A stretch of DNA of 64,000 nt, taken from Psammoneis japonica (lineage: Eukaryota). A program made the translations under genes and the position numbers. The DNA is taken from assembly GCA_008632985.1 (NCBI GenBank), contig QPGO01000061.1, positions 186,001 to 250,000 of the forward strand, in the 5' to 3' direction. The notes under the pieces were generated by a model. That model did not search any database. It was not told the DNA's origin and worked only from the letters and a program-made list of their open reading frames with translations. Position 1 is the first letter of the stretch. Every line of letters begins with the position of its first letter. Shown piece by piece: positions 49,853 to 62,700 of this stretch.

Positions 49853-51933
49853 GGTTGTTTGTGCGCCGAGAGGTGAGAGGTGGGAAATGAAGAGGTAAGA
49901 CGCAAAGAGGAGGTCAGGAGGTGATCCATGAGTGCGGCGAGGCGTGATGATGATGAGGCGTTGTCCGTTGTGACCATTGAGATGAAGTCATTGAAGTCAT
50001 TGTCATTTTCAAAGGTCATTTTGGACAAAAAGTCAAGTCACTAACGATGCCCGACACCAAGCTGAACGATTTTAGTCACTCGTGCTTCAATGTGCGTGAT
50101 GCTCCCAATCCAACTTGGCTGCTTGTTGCCACTGCTGCCATGGCACTCTACTAGAGAGCCAGAGTGGCAGGGCCCAGACTAGAGAGCTTGCACCGGTCAA
50201 GCGCCATGAACTCTTGCTTTTGCAGCTGGCTGAGTGGCTGGCTGCTGGCAAGCACCTGCTGCTGCGTTGTGGCTGTGCTGGAAACCACGGCACTTCTTGT
50301 TTGCTGAGTGCTGAACAGCTCAAAACAGCAGTTTAAAATGTGCTCACACCTGCCTGCCCATCAGCGATTGCTTTTAAAAAGTTGCAAAGTGGCTGTGCAG
50401 CACGCCACTGCTGGTCGGTCAGAGTTGGCATCGCCAATGCGACCAACTGGCCCATTTAAAATTCTGCCCATGTCAAAAGATTTTCAATTTTGTGGGCTTG
50501 CATGGTTGAGCTTCAAATTGCACAGGTGTCCTGCAGAGATGCGTGCAAAAAGACACCAAAATCAAATTTTGAAAATGTGAAATCAAGCACGACACACAAC
50601 TCTTTGGCTCCAACGGCGGATTGCAGCGACAATGGCAACAATTGAAGATGTTGCTTTTGTGTGCATTGGATGCAGCAAGGAGCAAGAGGAGGAGTGCACC
50701 ATCATGACAACTCTTTGTGGTTGCAAAACATGTCTTTGCTGCATGGTTTGTTTGCCTCCTGCAAAGAAGATGCCCAAAAGTTCAACATTTGTTGAAGAGC
50801 GGCTTTGAGCGCTGCAGCTGACACTGCTTGCTCCAATTGACTCTGCTTTTAATTTTGCAATGTTTGGAGCCTGCTGCTCATGACATTGTGAGAAGGCACA
50901 TGCTTGCCCACTTGCAAGAGCTGCAAGAACCAGCTGAGACAGCAGAGCTCAATGGAGTCCACCAAGTGGGTGCCTTGCTTCATCTGGCACACTGCCTCCA
51001 CTGTGAAACAGAGGGCAAGAGATCAAGACAAGTTGCGATCATTTCAAAGGCCATTGCAGGAAGAAACTTGGCTCTCCAACAGCTTCTCTTGTGCTGGCAA
51101 TGTTTTTTGTTTCATGTTGCACAGTCCTTGGCACTTTGGAAGCAGATTGCAGTGCTGCCCCAAGCTGTCAGACAATTTGTGTTGTGGCCAAGCACTCTCT
51201 CCCCCCATCAGCCAGAGAACCCCATGCAACAAAAACAATGCAGACAAAGACAGACAACCATTTGATTCACAAAACCCAGCGCTGGCACCCCCCACAGCAT
51301 CCACACTCCTTGTGACAGGCTTGGCAGCCTGGCTCTTCTCCCTTGTGCAACACAAACTGTGCCACTTTTGCCAGCGCAGCTGCACACTTCTTAGAGCAAA
51401 CTCTTTGTCATCTTAGATGTGATGACACAAATGGCAGTCTTTTTTGCATTCACAATCTTCTTCCACCAGCCAGGAGCATGAGGTTGCCACCCTGGAGCAC
51501 TTCTTCTTTTTTCATCCTCTTTGTGGATGCACAGGTGCCGTCTGCCACTTGGGCTTCTCACACAAAAAACTTGTGCAAATTTGCTTGTCACCCTTCTGAA
51601 GACCATGGTGGTGTGAAGCATTGCAGAGAGCCACTCCTTCCTGGCCCCAAGAGCCAAACCTGCTGGAGCTGATGCTCAGGTCACTCTTGGTGTCAACCAA
51701 ATTCCTCATGATGAGATTTGGGCATGAAGGGGAGACATGCATGATTGCTGAAACACACTCATCTGTCCCAGAATTTTTTTGATTGTTGCGCCAGTCTGTG
51801 CAGCACGGGGCTTGACCACAGCCAACATGATGTCAGCCACACATGAGTGTCCCAGGGCTTGACACTGCTTGCCATGGTGTGGCCCCTTCACTGGCCCAGT
51901 GGCTGGCCCCAGAGGACCAGGAGGGCCCTCCCA

Positions 51934-52330
51934 GATGTGCTCCAGATGCAGGTGGGAATCCATTTGACACATTGGGCCCATGAAATTCTACGCACAAGCT
52001 TTGTGCTAAAATCATGAGGCAATGGATGTGTCAATGATTGCCAACAGAAAATGAGGCAATTTTGTGAATGCACAAACTCGGCCATGATCAAAGCACATCA
52101 TTTTTCACTTGGCCAGGTGCGTTCTTCAGACATTGAAGAATGCACCTGGTGCATTATTTACCCACAATTTTGTCAAACAAAATGTCTGTGGTTTTGCAAA
52201 ACAGCGAGTCTGGAGCAATTTTTTGTAAGATCACAAGTGGAAATGCAAGTGCAAAACATGCAATGGATGACAAAAAATGATCACGTCAAATGTCAGTGCT
52301 GCCAGCTCCCACCCAGGGCTGGAATGTGTC
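51934..52330. mobile_element. MITE, same family, heavily converted copy
   Basis: Aligns with 52658-53036. TIRs gatgtgctcca / tggaatgtgtc; flanks CCCA/TCCA. Confidence 0.85.
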
Positions 52331-52657
52331 TCCAACCAGCACCAGTGCAGCACATGCCATGATGCTGTCAACGTGAAGGAAAATGGTGGGGGTTTTGGCT
52401 GGGTGTCATTGAAAACCCTTGTGCCACCAACTGACCAGCTAAAAATTAATTTGAGGTTTTGCGTGACATCATGCTCAGTGGCATGGAAAATCGGCAACAA
52501 AATTTGTGGCTTGTCAACACAAAATTAGAAATGGCTTGCATTTGCGCACATGACAATGCCAGTGACAAGGTCTGGCCATCGCAGCTTGCACACATGTCAG
52601 TGGCAGGTCTGATCTGGCCAATTGCTGCCCAAAGCAGAAACACTTTCGTTCGCACTT

Positions 52658-53036
52658 GACGCGTTCCAGACGTAGGTGGGAATCCGTGTGACATTGGGCC
52701 CGTAGACGTAAAAATTATACGGTAATTAAAATCTCAATGATCGCCAACAGAAAATGAGGCAATTTTGCGAACGCACAAACTCGCACATGATTGAAGTACA
52801 TCATTTTTTACTTAGCCAGTTACATTCTTCAGACATTGAAGAATGTAACTGGCGCATTATTGTTTCTATAAATTTGTTATATAAAACGTCTGGGGCTTCG
52901 CAAAACAGCGAGTCTGGACAATTTTTTTTAAATATCACACGTAGAAATCTACGTACGAAACATACGACGGATGATAAAAATTATTGTTGTCACACGTCAG
53001 TATACTACGAGCTCCCACCCAGGGCTGGAACGCGTC
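52658..53036. mobile_element. MITE, same family, pristine copy
   Basis: Perfect 11-bp TIR; TSD ACTT; TA/CG-rich. Confidence 0.92.
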
Positions 53037-53174
53037 ACTTGCCACACACAAAAATGAGAGAAAGTGGCCAATTTTTTGTTTTGTGGTCGACTTTCTGTGC
53101 AACCAGTGTGAGCTGAAGTGCTGCCTGCCTGCCAAAAATTGGGAGACATGCAGAATGGGCACCAGAGGCTGTGC

Positions 53175-53571
53175 AGCGTGTTCCAGCTCTGGGTGGGACC
53201 TCGCACTGCTGCGCTGTGACATCAAGAGTTTTTTGGATCATGTCACACATCACGCACGCAGATTTCTGCATGTGATGTTCTGTGAAATTGTTTCATGCTC
53301 CCCATTTTGCAAAGCCAAAGGCTTTCCATTTTCAACATTTGTGAGAGTGAAAATGCTCTGGGTGCATTCTTTGATGTCTGCAGAGTGTGCCTGGGCAAAC
53401 TGTCAATGATGTGCTGCAAGTGTGAAGGAGGAGACACATTTGCAAAATTGCCTCTTTTTCTGTTGGCGATCATTCACATTTTCGTTGCTCAACAAATTTG
53501 CTGTGGAGCTCGCACACAGAATTCTGTTGGCCCAATGTCGCGCAGAGTCCCACCCAGAGCTGGAACCCGTG
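53175..53571. mobile_element. MITE, same family, converted copy
   Basis: TIRs agcgtgttcca / tggaacccgtg; TSD GTGC. Confidence 0.8.
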
Positions 53572-54299
53572 GTGCGGAGGATTTGAATGACGTGCAAAGC
53601 CTGGCACTGAAACTTGGTGGCAGCACACGCACAATCTTGCTGGACATAACATGCAGGTGCAATGGCCAGACATCACCCATTTCTGTCAAGATGTTGAGCT
53701 GCGTGGGTTTTGCTGGCCACTCGGGCATGCGATGTCAAAAAGATTTGTTTGTGACTGACTGACTGGCTGACTGACTGAGTGTGTGTGTGACTGCTTTGGT
53801 CTTGGGAATGTGACAGTTTGTCGTGGAGCTTCCGGGTTGTGACAGGAGTTCGTGCAACGTTGTAATGCAGTGCGGTGATTTTACATCGATGCACATGTTG
53901 TGAGAGTTCTGAGGGGTTCAGACCTCGTGCAATGACTCCGCCGTGCAGCGCACTTTGTGCTCTGCGCTGCTGTGTGTCACATGATCCTTCATGCACGGAC
54001 AACATAAGGCAATGGCGTTAGCACACACATAAACCGCTGTTTATTTCCATCCTTGTTTCTGAACATTTCCATGTTGCACTCGAGCACGGTGGTCAATGCC
54101 CTGCCGAATAAGCAAGGGCTTGTTATTTACGGTAGACGTACGTACAGTACATGTTCTACGGTACGTGTCGTCCCACAATGTCAGTACATAGTGTCCAGTG
54201 ACATTACGTAGGATCTGGTACATGTTCTACGTATCGCCCTTTTTGCGACGGCCGTAACCCTGCCAGACTGTCACCCGAAAACGGTAAACAGCTGAATAT

Positions 54300-54428
54300 C
54301 GTGGCGAGTCGTCATTGAGGGTAAAATCTTCGTCATTGTATGTGCTATAAAATGCCAGCTTTAAGTACGTGGCGAGTCGTCATCGAGGGTAAAATCTACG
54401 TCATTGTATGTGTTATATAAAATGCCAG
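54300..54428. repeat. Tandem duplication, about 68-bp unit x2, upstream of the GPCR gene
   Basis: cgtggcgagtcgtcat.gagggtaaaatct.cgtcattgtatgt..tata(ta)aaatgccag at 54300 and 54368. Confidence 0.85.
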
Positions 54429-54561
54429 AATTAGTACGATTGCATTGTACTACAAATCACATGCGAATGCAATCGATCGCAACAATATGTAAAATACATA
54501 AGAGCATCATCAGCATCTACTGTATGATAGGGCTACTTCGTCCTTCATCCTTTCAACAAGA

Positions 54562-57500
54562 ATGAACCTCTGTCAGCCCGGAATTTTCGGTGACGATGAT
54601 GAGAGCATCTGTCAGAATTCCGACTTCTCGATTCGACGCGTTGGCAACTTGAACGTTGTTCGCAACCCAGTCACTGGACGGGAGCTAGGCATTTGCCACC
54701 TTGCGGGGATCATCGGATTTACCTTGATCGCCGGCGACGGTGAAACGTATCCATTTTCGTATTCCTACCTTCATGCCGCGACTGCTCAGCTTGCGATTCA
54801 GCACTTTAATACAGGCAACGGAACGATAGTGCCGGATTTTGAAGGCATCGACAAGCGGTGCCCCATCAGACTCTCGGCAGAGTGGGCGGATACCAAATTG
54901 TCTGAATTTGAGAGCTTGCGACTGCTTACCAAGATTGTCACGCGGAGCGGGGGAATCGATGATGTCTTGCCTTGCGCCATACTGGGTCCGTCGCGCTCCT
55001 CTTCCACTGTGCCGGCTTCGATTCTTTCGTCGGTGCATGGGTATCCGAGTATGTCGTAAGTTTAGAAGGTTTTCATCCCGTATGTATCAATTGTGACCTT
55101 GATGCCTTTCTCACTGTGAAGCTTTTTTTTTTGTTTTCTATTTCTAGATGGACTGCTGCCAGTGCCTCTCTAAGCGACAGGGATGAACGTAAACACCCGC
55201 TCTTTGCACGGGCGATAGTTTCTACAGATGAAGTTGCCGAACTTGGCGTTCGTCACATTCGGACAGAACTCGGCTTTGAACACTGCGCGTGTCTCTTTCT
55301 CAATGACGAATACGGCAGTGCGGTGCAACGAGCCTTTTTCGCCGGCGCCAATAACGCGGGCTTGACAACCATTTCTGTTCCCTTTCCCAGCACTCCCACC
55401 ACTGAACAAATACGCGAGGCAATCGCCAAAGTCAAGCAGACAGAGTTCCGTTGCATTTATGGCGTACTGGCTACATCTGATCAATATGAAGCCTTCATGG
55501 AGGAAGCATATCATCAAGGAATTGCCGGGGAAGACTATTTCTGGCTCATTGCCAATCCTATGAGGTTGGGTGAGTATCCAGCTGGATCGCCTCTTGATTT
55601 GGCTATCCAGGGCAACGGGTTTTTGGCGGGTGACGTTGGGAGAGGCCCCGGGATCAACCGTTTCAAAGCGTCTTGGGGCAGTTTGGATAGCAACGACTTG
55701 GAGTACCTCAATTCGCTGCTGCCTCCGACACCCTTCAACTTGACTGATTTTTTTACTTTGGGAGATCAAGATATTGACGCTGGCAACTTTGTGTATGACA
55801 CCGTGGCTGCGATCGGTCTAGCTGCATGCAACGTAACGAATAGGTCCGGAGGCAACTTTTCACTTTTCACAGGAAGAGAACATGCGCAAGCGATTATTCA
55901 AGGACGACCTTTTCATGGTGCTTCTGGCTTTGTCAGGATCAATCCACAAAGTGCCTCACGCACAGGAACCAGTGTTTCTTGGGACGTATCAAATGCACGA
56001 AGAAGCGGTCCCGTCAATGGAACCTCTTCCTTTGAGATGACTACGTCTGTGATCTATCGGCCGAACGAAGATGGGACCGACTGGGAAATGAATATCACCG
56101 ACCCATTTGTTTATGCGGATGGCAAACTGAATCCACCGGCGGATTTGCCACCCATCAACGGAGGCAACGGCGTAGATATGAATTATATCGGGTCCCTGTC
56201 AATTGTGGGTTATGTTCTCTTTGGAATTGTTCTGAGTTTTTGCCTCGCCTTTGCTGGCTGGACGTACAAGAACCGATCTGTCAGACTTGTACGCGCATCT
56301 CAGCCTGAATTCTTGGGAATGATTATTGCGGGTACAGCAATCTTTTCGTCGGCCATCATTCCACTGACAATGGACGATCAACATTACACATCTGAGCAGC
56401 TCAGTATCTCATGCATGTGTGTTCCTTGGTTGTTGGCAATAGGATTTGGCATCGCCTTGTCTGCACTGTTCTCGAAACTGTGGAGAGTACGGAAGATTGT
56501 GGGCAGCGCGTCAAGGTTTCGACGTGTTCAGGTAAAGCCCAAAGAAGTCATGGCACCCCTTTTGGTAATATTGACGCTTAACGTCATTGTTCTGATATGC
56601 TGGACTGCGCTGGCGCCACTAGAGTTCTTTCGGGTGCCCGCAGTGGGGACCGACAAGTTCAACCGCGTGATTGAGTCATACGGCGAATGCTCAGCGGCCG
56701 AGACGGCTGCGGCAGGAGGGACCACCCCTTACTTAGTCCTTCTCCTGGTGATAAACTTCTCTGCCACTGCAGCGGCACTCATTGAGGCCTACCGCACGCG
56801 GCATGTGTCTACCGACTACAGCGAGTCAAAATACGTCTCTATTGCTGTGATATGCATTGTTGAAGTTTTCGTCGTCGCGATACCTCTGATTGCACTCATC
56901 GAACGAAACCCGCAAGTGTCTTTCATTCTAACTGCCTCATCATATTTATTATATCGATGGCGATCATAATGCTGGTATTTGTGCCCAAGGTATGGTTTGA
57001 AAGACAGGAAAGATTTGAACTCGAACAGAAGAAGAAACGGAGAGCGGAACGATTATCTAGCCAGCAATTTTCAGGTACGTCGTTGGCGAGCGATACAGAG
57101 TATGGCTTGGGAGTGTATGCTCTGCCTACAATTGAGCACACCATGGGCGGCAAAATTCGACGGAGCCAGCTACCATTGGTAAACGGAGCCGAGGAAAGTA
57201 CGAGGGGGGCAGCGGTGGATCCCGACACAGGTGAAGAGTCACCGAGTTTGGGAGGTTGCGTTCACCCTGATATCGAAAACACTCAGTCGGGTGACATTCT
57301 AGAGACGCAATCGCGTCAGATGCCCGCAGAAGATGAACAGGAGGAACCTCAGCTCCCTGAAGAGTCGCCGAGTTTGGGAGTTTCCGTTCACCGCGATAAC
57401 AAAAGCACACAAGCAGAGGAAATTCTAGGAACGGAATCGCGTGAAATGTCCGTGGTAGAAGAAGACGGAGATGAGGAACCTCAGCTTCCGCATCTACCGG

Positions 57501-57568
57501 TACCCGAAGCCGAAGGACAGGAGGAACCAGATGCTGATCGGAACGTAAAATTTGACTTGAGCGCTTAG
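54562..57568 (+). CDS. Class C GPCR (GABA-B receptor-like): Venus-flytrap/ANF ligand-binding domain plus 7TM; intron 55056-55147; apparent 1-bp frameshift near 56934
   Basis: AQLAIQHFN, AILGPSRSS, SLSD...HPLFAR, VRASQPEFL, CMCVPWLLAIGF...ALFSKLWRV, AYRTRHVSTDYSESKYV and LVFVPK. The true start may lie upstream. Confidence 0.85.
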
Positions 57569-58944
57569 CTAGAAGAACTTTCCCATTTGATAATTTATTT
57601 CGCCTAGTTGTTGAGTGGAGGAGTCTCTACAGTAACTCCGCACGCTACAAAATGACAGGTGGCAACTACTAGCGGAGCCCTGAAATGAATCGGAAATGTG
57701 GAGACAATATGTGTGTTCGACAACCCAACAACAAACCGATGCTACCTGCCTCCAGAGGATAGCGCAAAATTATCTCTACCGCATCATAAACTACTTCTGC
57801 ACAAGTTATCAAAGCGTTGACAGCCAACAAACCGAAGCTGATAATTATTTGTTCATTGGATGGGGTGAGATGACAAATTTTTGGAATCAAGCAGTCAAGG
57901 ATGAAGATGACCGAAAGACACCCGTGACTGATGTGACTTACAAAAATGCATTCCATCTCATGGCTTGTTGGCAAGAGTTCAGAAGGAAAGGGAATGTCGT
58001 GGCAACTGTTCTGCCAGTGAAGGAGGCGAACAGGAACTTGAGACGGGAGTTGAGAGGACCATCTCGAACAACAGACATTGCTTTCCTTGAAAGCAGGAAA
58101 ACAGCAGGAAGGACTCCTCGCAGTGAGCCGGCATCAGAATCAATGGAGGATGATCTGAAGCCACACTCTGTTTTTGAAGACGACCAAAAGATTCCGACCG
58201 TTGTTGATTTCCACAGCACAGATGATGATGCTGACTTTCTTCCAACAGCTAAAGACGACCACAATGTGGGCGATGCAAAAGATGCAGAATCGCCATCACA
58301 AGAGCCTGTTGCTGTCCTTCCTTTCACAGGCAAATGATGCATCAAGGGAGGTGGAGGCACTGCTGTTGCTCAGGGAGTGGTCAGGATGGGGAGATGCATT
58401 GTTGAGGCCAAAATGGAAGAATGATTAACACCGGGGAAACCTGTGAAAATGTCGGCAGAGAGCGCGTGGGCTGTCATTGTCACCAACCTGGACAGTGTGC
58501 AGGTTGTGACAGGGGTGTGACATTGTTGTTTGGCAGATGACAGATCGAAGGACAGCTTGTGAAGTGTGCAGAGGGAGAAAGGGACAGGCGCCAGAGATGG
58601 CAGAAACAGAGCAAAACAGAGAGGAAAAAGCTCATGAATGCAAGGAACAGGAGGGACAAAACACACGCAAACTTAACAAGTTCAAAATGCAAACTAATTG
58701 AGCCACGCAGGTGACTTGAAACACACAAAAACAATCAAATCATTCATCACTTGACAACTGCAAAACAACAAAATCAACAACCATGCAAATTGAAGATTGG
58801 TGGAGACAACTGGTGTGCATGTGAAAATTTTGTTTGTCAACAAGTTTGGCTCTTGTCAAGTGCCAAAACATGTCACAGACGGCAATGTTGGTTGTTGTTG
58901 ATGGTGCTGCAATGGCTGTGTCATGCATTGCAAGCTCTGGCGAG

Positions 58945-59340
58945 GATGTGTTCCAGCTCAAGGTGGGGCCTTGTGTTGCTGAAGTGTGACATCAAGAGTT
59001 TTTTGGATTGTGCCACATGTTGCACACGCACACATCCATGTGTGATCTTTTGCGAAATTGCTCTACACTTCCTGTTTTGTGAACCCAAAGGCTTTCCATT
59101 TTCAACATTTGTGAAAATGAGAATGGGCTGGGTGTGTTCTGCGATGTGTCCGCAGAATGCAGCCGGGCAAACTCAATGATGTGCTTGAGTGTGAATGAGG
59201 AGATGTGTTGTCAAAATTGCCTCTTTTGCTGTTGGCGACCACTCACATTTTCATTGCTTGACAATTTTGCTGCGGAGCTTGCGTGTGAAAACACACGGCC
59301 CAAATGTTGCACTGAGTCCCGCCCAGGGCTGGAATGCATC
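58945..59340. mobile_element. MITE, same family, converted copy
   Basis: TIRs gatgtgttcca / tggaatgcatc; flanks CGAG/CAAG. Confidence 0.8.
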
Positions 59341-59739
59341 CAAGCTGTCTTGGTCTTTCAAACTTCCCAAACTTGCCCTTTGTCAATGAGGTGCCATTGG
59401 GTCCCTGGGGCACTGCCCATGTCAGGAATGAAAATTTCCAACATCAGACTGTTCGCACTCGGGATTGGAGTCCACAACCTGAGGTGAGGACTTGGCTCGA
59501 TGGGTCATCCTGTTGTCATTCAACTGCTGACAACACCGCTGACAAGGAGAAGCACCGCCATGTGGACCGAGACACGACTCGATCACAGCACTGTGGGGCC
59601 AGACATCTCTTGCTGCAAACGCAACCTGCAGGTGCAAACAATGTGCAAGCATGTGCTGCATCATTGCAGCATGTGCTGTTGCAAAATTGCCTCTTTTTCT
59701 GTTGTTGGCAATCATTTTTAACATTCATCATCTGATTCC

Positions 59740-62700
59740 TTTCACACAACAAAGAGCTTTCAACAATGTGACACATTCGCACAAGCAGGGCCCGAGCAAA
59801 TCTAGCTGCCGAACAGGCTCAGCCACTCACAGTCTTGGTGCGACAGCGCGAATGCAACCGACAAGATGCTTCTGGGCCTGTTGCAACTACAACAGATGCA
59901 ACAAGTGAAAACCATTCCGTGGTCATCGGCATTTTGGTCCGCACACCAGTCACAGTTTCTCCACAGCACCTCCCAGAGCACACCAGACAGTCCCTGATGC
60001 ATCGGATTTCACTCGGTCCCCTCGAAATGTGCCTGACTCGTAAGGCACAATTCGATCCAATGCTGCATCAGTGGTCTAACTGAAACAATCTTGACTTGTC
60101 GATCGACGTAAAACCCTTGCCAGGGAAAAGCCGCCAATCCTCCATGCATGGTGCAAACCCTCACCAGGGAAGAAACTCACCACCGCTCCATGCATCCATC
60201 TCAATGCGCGAACTTGTCTAACAGAAAATTCCGCCTGATGGACGACACAACCTTCATGAACAGATCGCCAAGGTTTGTCTCTGTTCCCTCCTTTGCAATC
60301 CTAACAGTCCCCGCAGCAACAGCTTCGCAGTTGCGGTGATGCGCAATGGAGTGATGCTTCTTCTTGAGTGTAGACTCAGGAATGGAGCAATTCTTGTAGA
60401 TGGCCTCATTGTCACAGAAGACATTTGTTGGCCCTTCGATCGGCACTCCAAACATTCGAAGCTTGTGTCGCAGGCCCTCTGTGAGCTCGATGGCACTCTT
60501 GAGTGCAACGATCTCAGCCCCAAATGTGCTAGCCTCCACGGCATTCTGACACTTCGAGTGCCACACGATGGGTGCCCGGTTAACAAACATCAAGATGCCT
60601 GCATGGCTGCGGCGATCGGCAACATTTCTGGCATGGTTGGCATCCACAAAACAATGTGTCGACACCACATTACCTCAAGCTGGTGGTGCATTTGTCAGAA
60701 TGGCTTCTCTTGCATCTCGGTGGAAGTCGCACCAGTCGCACTTCACGAATCGTGATTCATCGATCTTGGGATGAGCCGGATCAAATGCTGCTTGGCACTT
60801 TGGGACCTGTTTGAGGCATGCAAAGATGTGCAACACCTGTTCCAGATGACCAATGCGAGGAAGAGCGAGGTGAGCAGACATTGACGAAACCTCCAAATGG
60901 ATGTCCACTCTGCCGAGTTCCACAGCCCAAACCAGTGTGCCAATCAGCTCTTGACAGCAGTGAAGTCCTTCAGCGTCCAACTCGCCAGCAGTGTCTAACT
61001 GGGTTTGCATCCACTGCTCAATGGGGTTGTCGCCTTGCCAGGCAGACGTTTCCCCTCCTTGCCAAGCCTGTCCTCTACATTTTGGACAGCGGACTTGCAG
61101 TGCTTCTCCGCAGACATTGGCCAACAGGCAGTCCCATCGGCTGAAGTCATCTTGGAAAGCGCAGCACCGAGACAAGAATCTGGCTCAGCTACCTCATCAC
61201 CCTTGAGCTTGAACTTGGACCTGATGCCATCCATTGTCTTCATGGGTTCGTGACTGATCGACAGCATGTCGTCCACATAAACTAGAACGTGTTCGCAGTG
61301 CTTGAATCCGTTGGGTTTCACCGCAGGTCTCATCCATGCATCCGGATCAGCCTTGCTCGGTTTGCACCCCAGATCATAAAGCGTCTCCACCAGGAATGCC
61401 CTGAACGCTGCTCCGGAGCTCTTCAATCCGTGTGGAGCCCTGACCACAATCATGATGCAACCTTCATCCTCGCCAAACTCGGGCCCTGCTCTGGTCCAAA
61501 TCTTCTCCCTGCAAGGGGCAGCAAGGCAGGCGTTCTGGGTGTCACATGCAAAGACTTGTGAGTCATTGAGCGCAGCAAGCGTCAGTGCAATCCTCACCGA
61601 ATCCCGAGAGACGACCGAGGAGCAAGTGATGTGTGCGGGGGTTTCAGCAGTGTGGCCTCCAGCCACCATGTGAGCTTTACGGCGGAAGTTTTCTCCCAAT
61701 TTGACATCAAAAATCACACGACACTTCACTTCCTGGAAACCAGGCACCATGTCCTTAAGCTCCCCTTCACACTTGTCAAAAGCAATCCACACATTCTTCA
61801 TCTCCATGCAAATGGCGTCCCACCACAGGGTGTTGCCATTTGCGCGATCGATCTGGATCGCCTCCTCGACACTCTTCGGGATCCGTGTGCCAAATTTGTG
61901 TGTTCGTAGCCAATGCTTCGACTTGACCTTCGCAATGGAACGCTTGCGGGTTTTCATGACATGGGGAACCCACCAAGCAAACGCTGCCTCGTTCGAGATC
62001 TTGCACTGAATGGCAAACTCGGCAACTTGGACTGGGAAGCTCTCCTTCGCAATCTTCAAGTCGATCCAAGTAGCACTTCCATCCTTCCATTGAAACAAGA
62101 GTTCCCATCCTTTGGCAGTCTTGCGCCTCTTCCGAATGCCTTGCTCGGTCTCAAAGAACTCGGATTCAGGAACGTCCCCGTTGGTGCGGCAATCAACGAT
62201 CTCGTCAAATGAGACATGCCGGTTTCCGTCCTTGTCGATCTGAGCAAACATGTTCATGGCGATGGAGTTAGCAGAGAGTGCAGCATGGTGCCCATCAGGG
62301 TGCTCTGCCTCATGCATCCTTGCATCAAGGATGGGATTGTCATTGGCTGTTCCTGTCGGAATGCCATTGGCATCTCTCAACCTCTTCGTGACACGAGCAC
62401 ACTCAGGACCATCATCATCTCTTGGAAGCGCAACTTCCATGTTAAGGTGTCCCCAGTCCGCCGCCTCCGGTGAGGCTTCCTTGTCTTTCTTGTCGTCATC
62501 GTCATTTGTTGCCTCCTCTGAGGATGTGACACGATCACACTCATCGAGGAATTCATCGTCGTATCCAAGGCAGTCTTTCCAGTCTTTGGGACTGATCTTG
62601 CGATCCTCGTCATCGGGGAAGTCTTGCTCCTTCAACCGGCGCTTGATCTCCTCGTCAAAACTGTCAAACTTCGCCTTTTTCTCTTGAGTGGCGGCTTCTA

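Noticed and set aside
50090..51930. Possible coding or TE remnants
   Set aside because: Converted sequence with no motif I can support.
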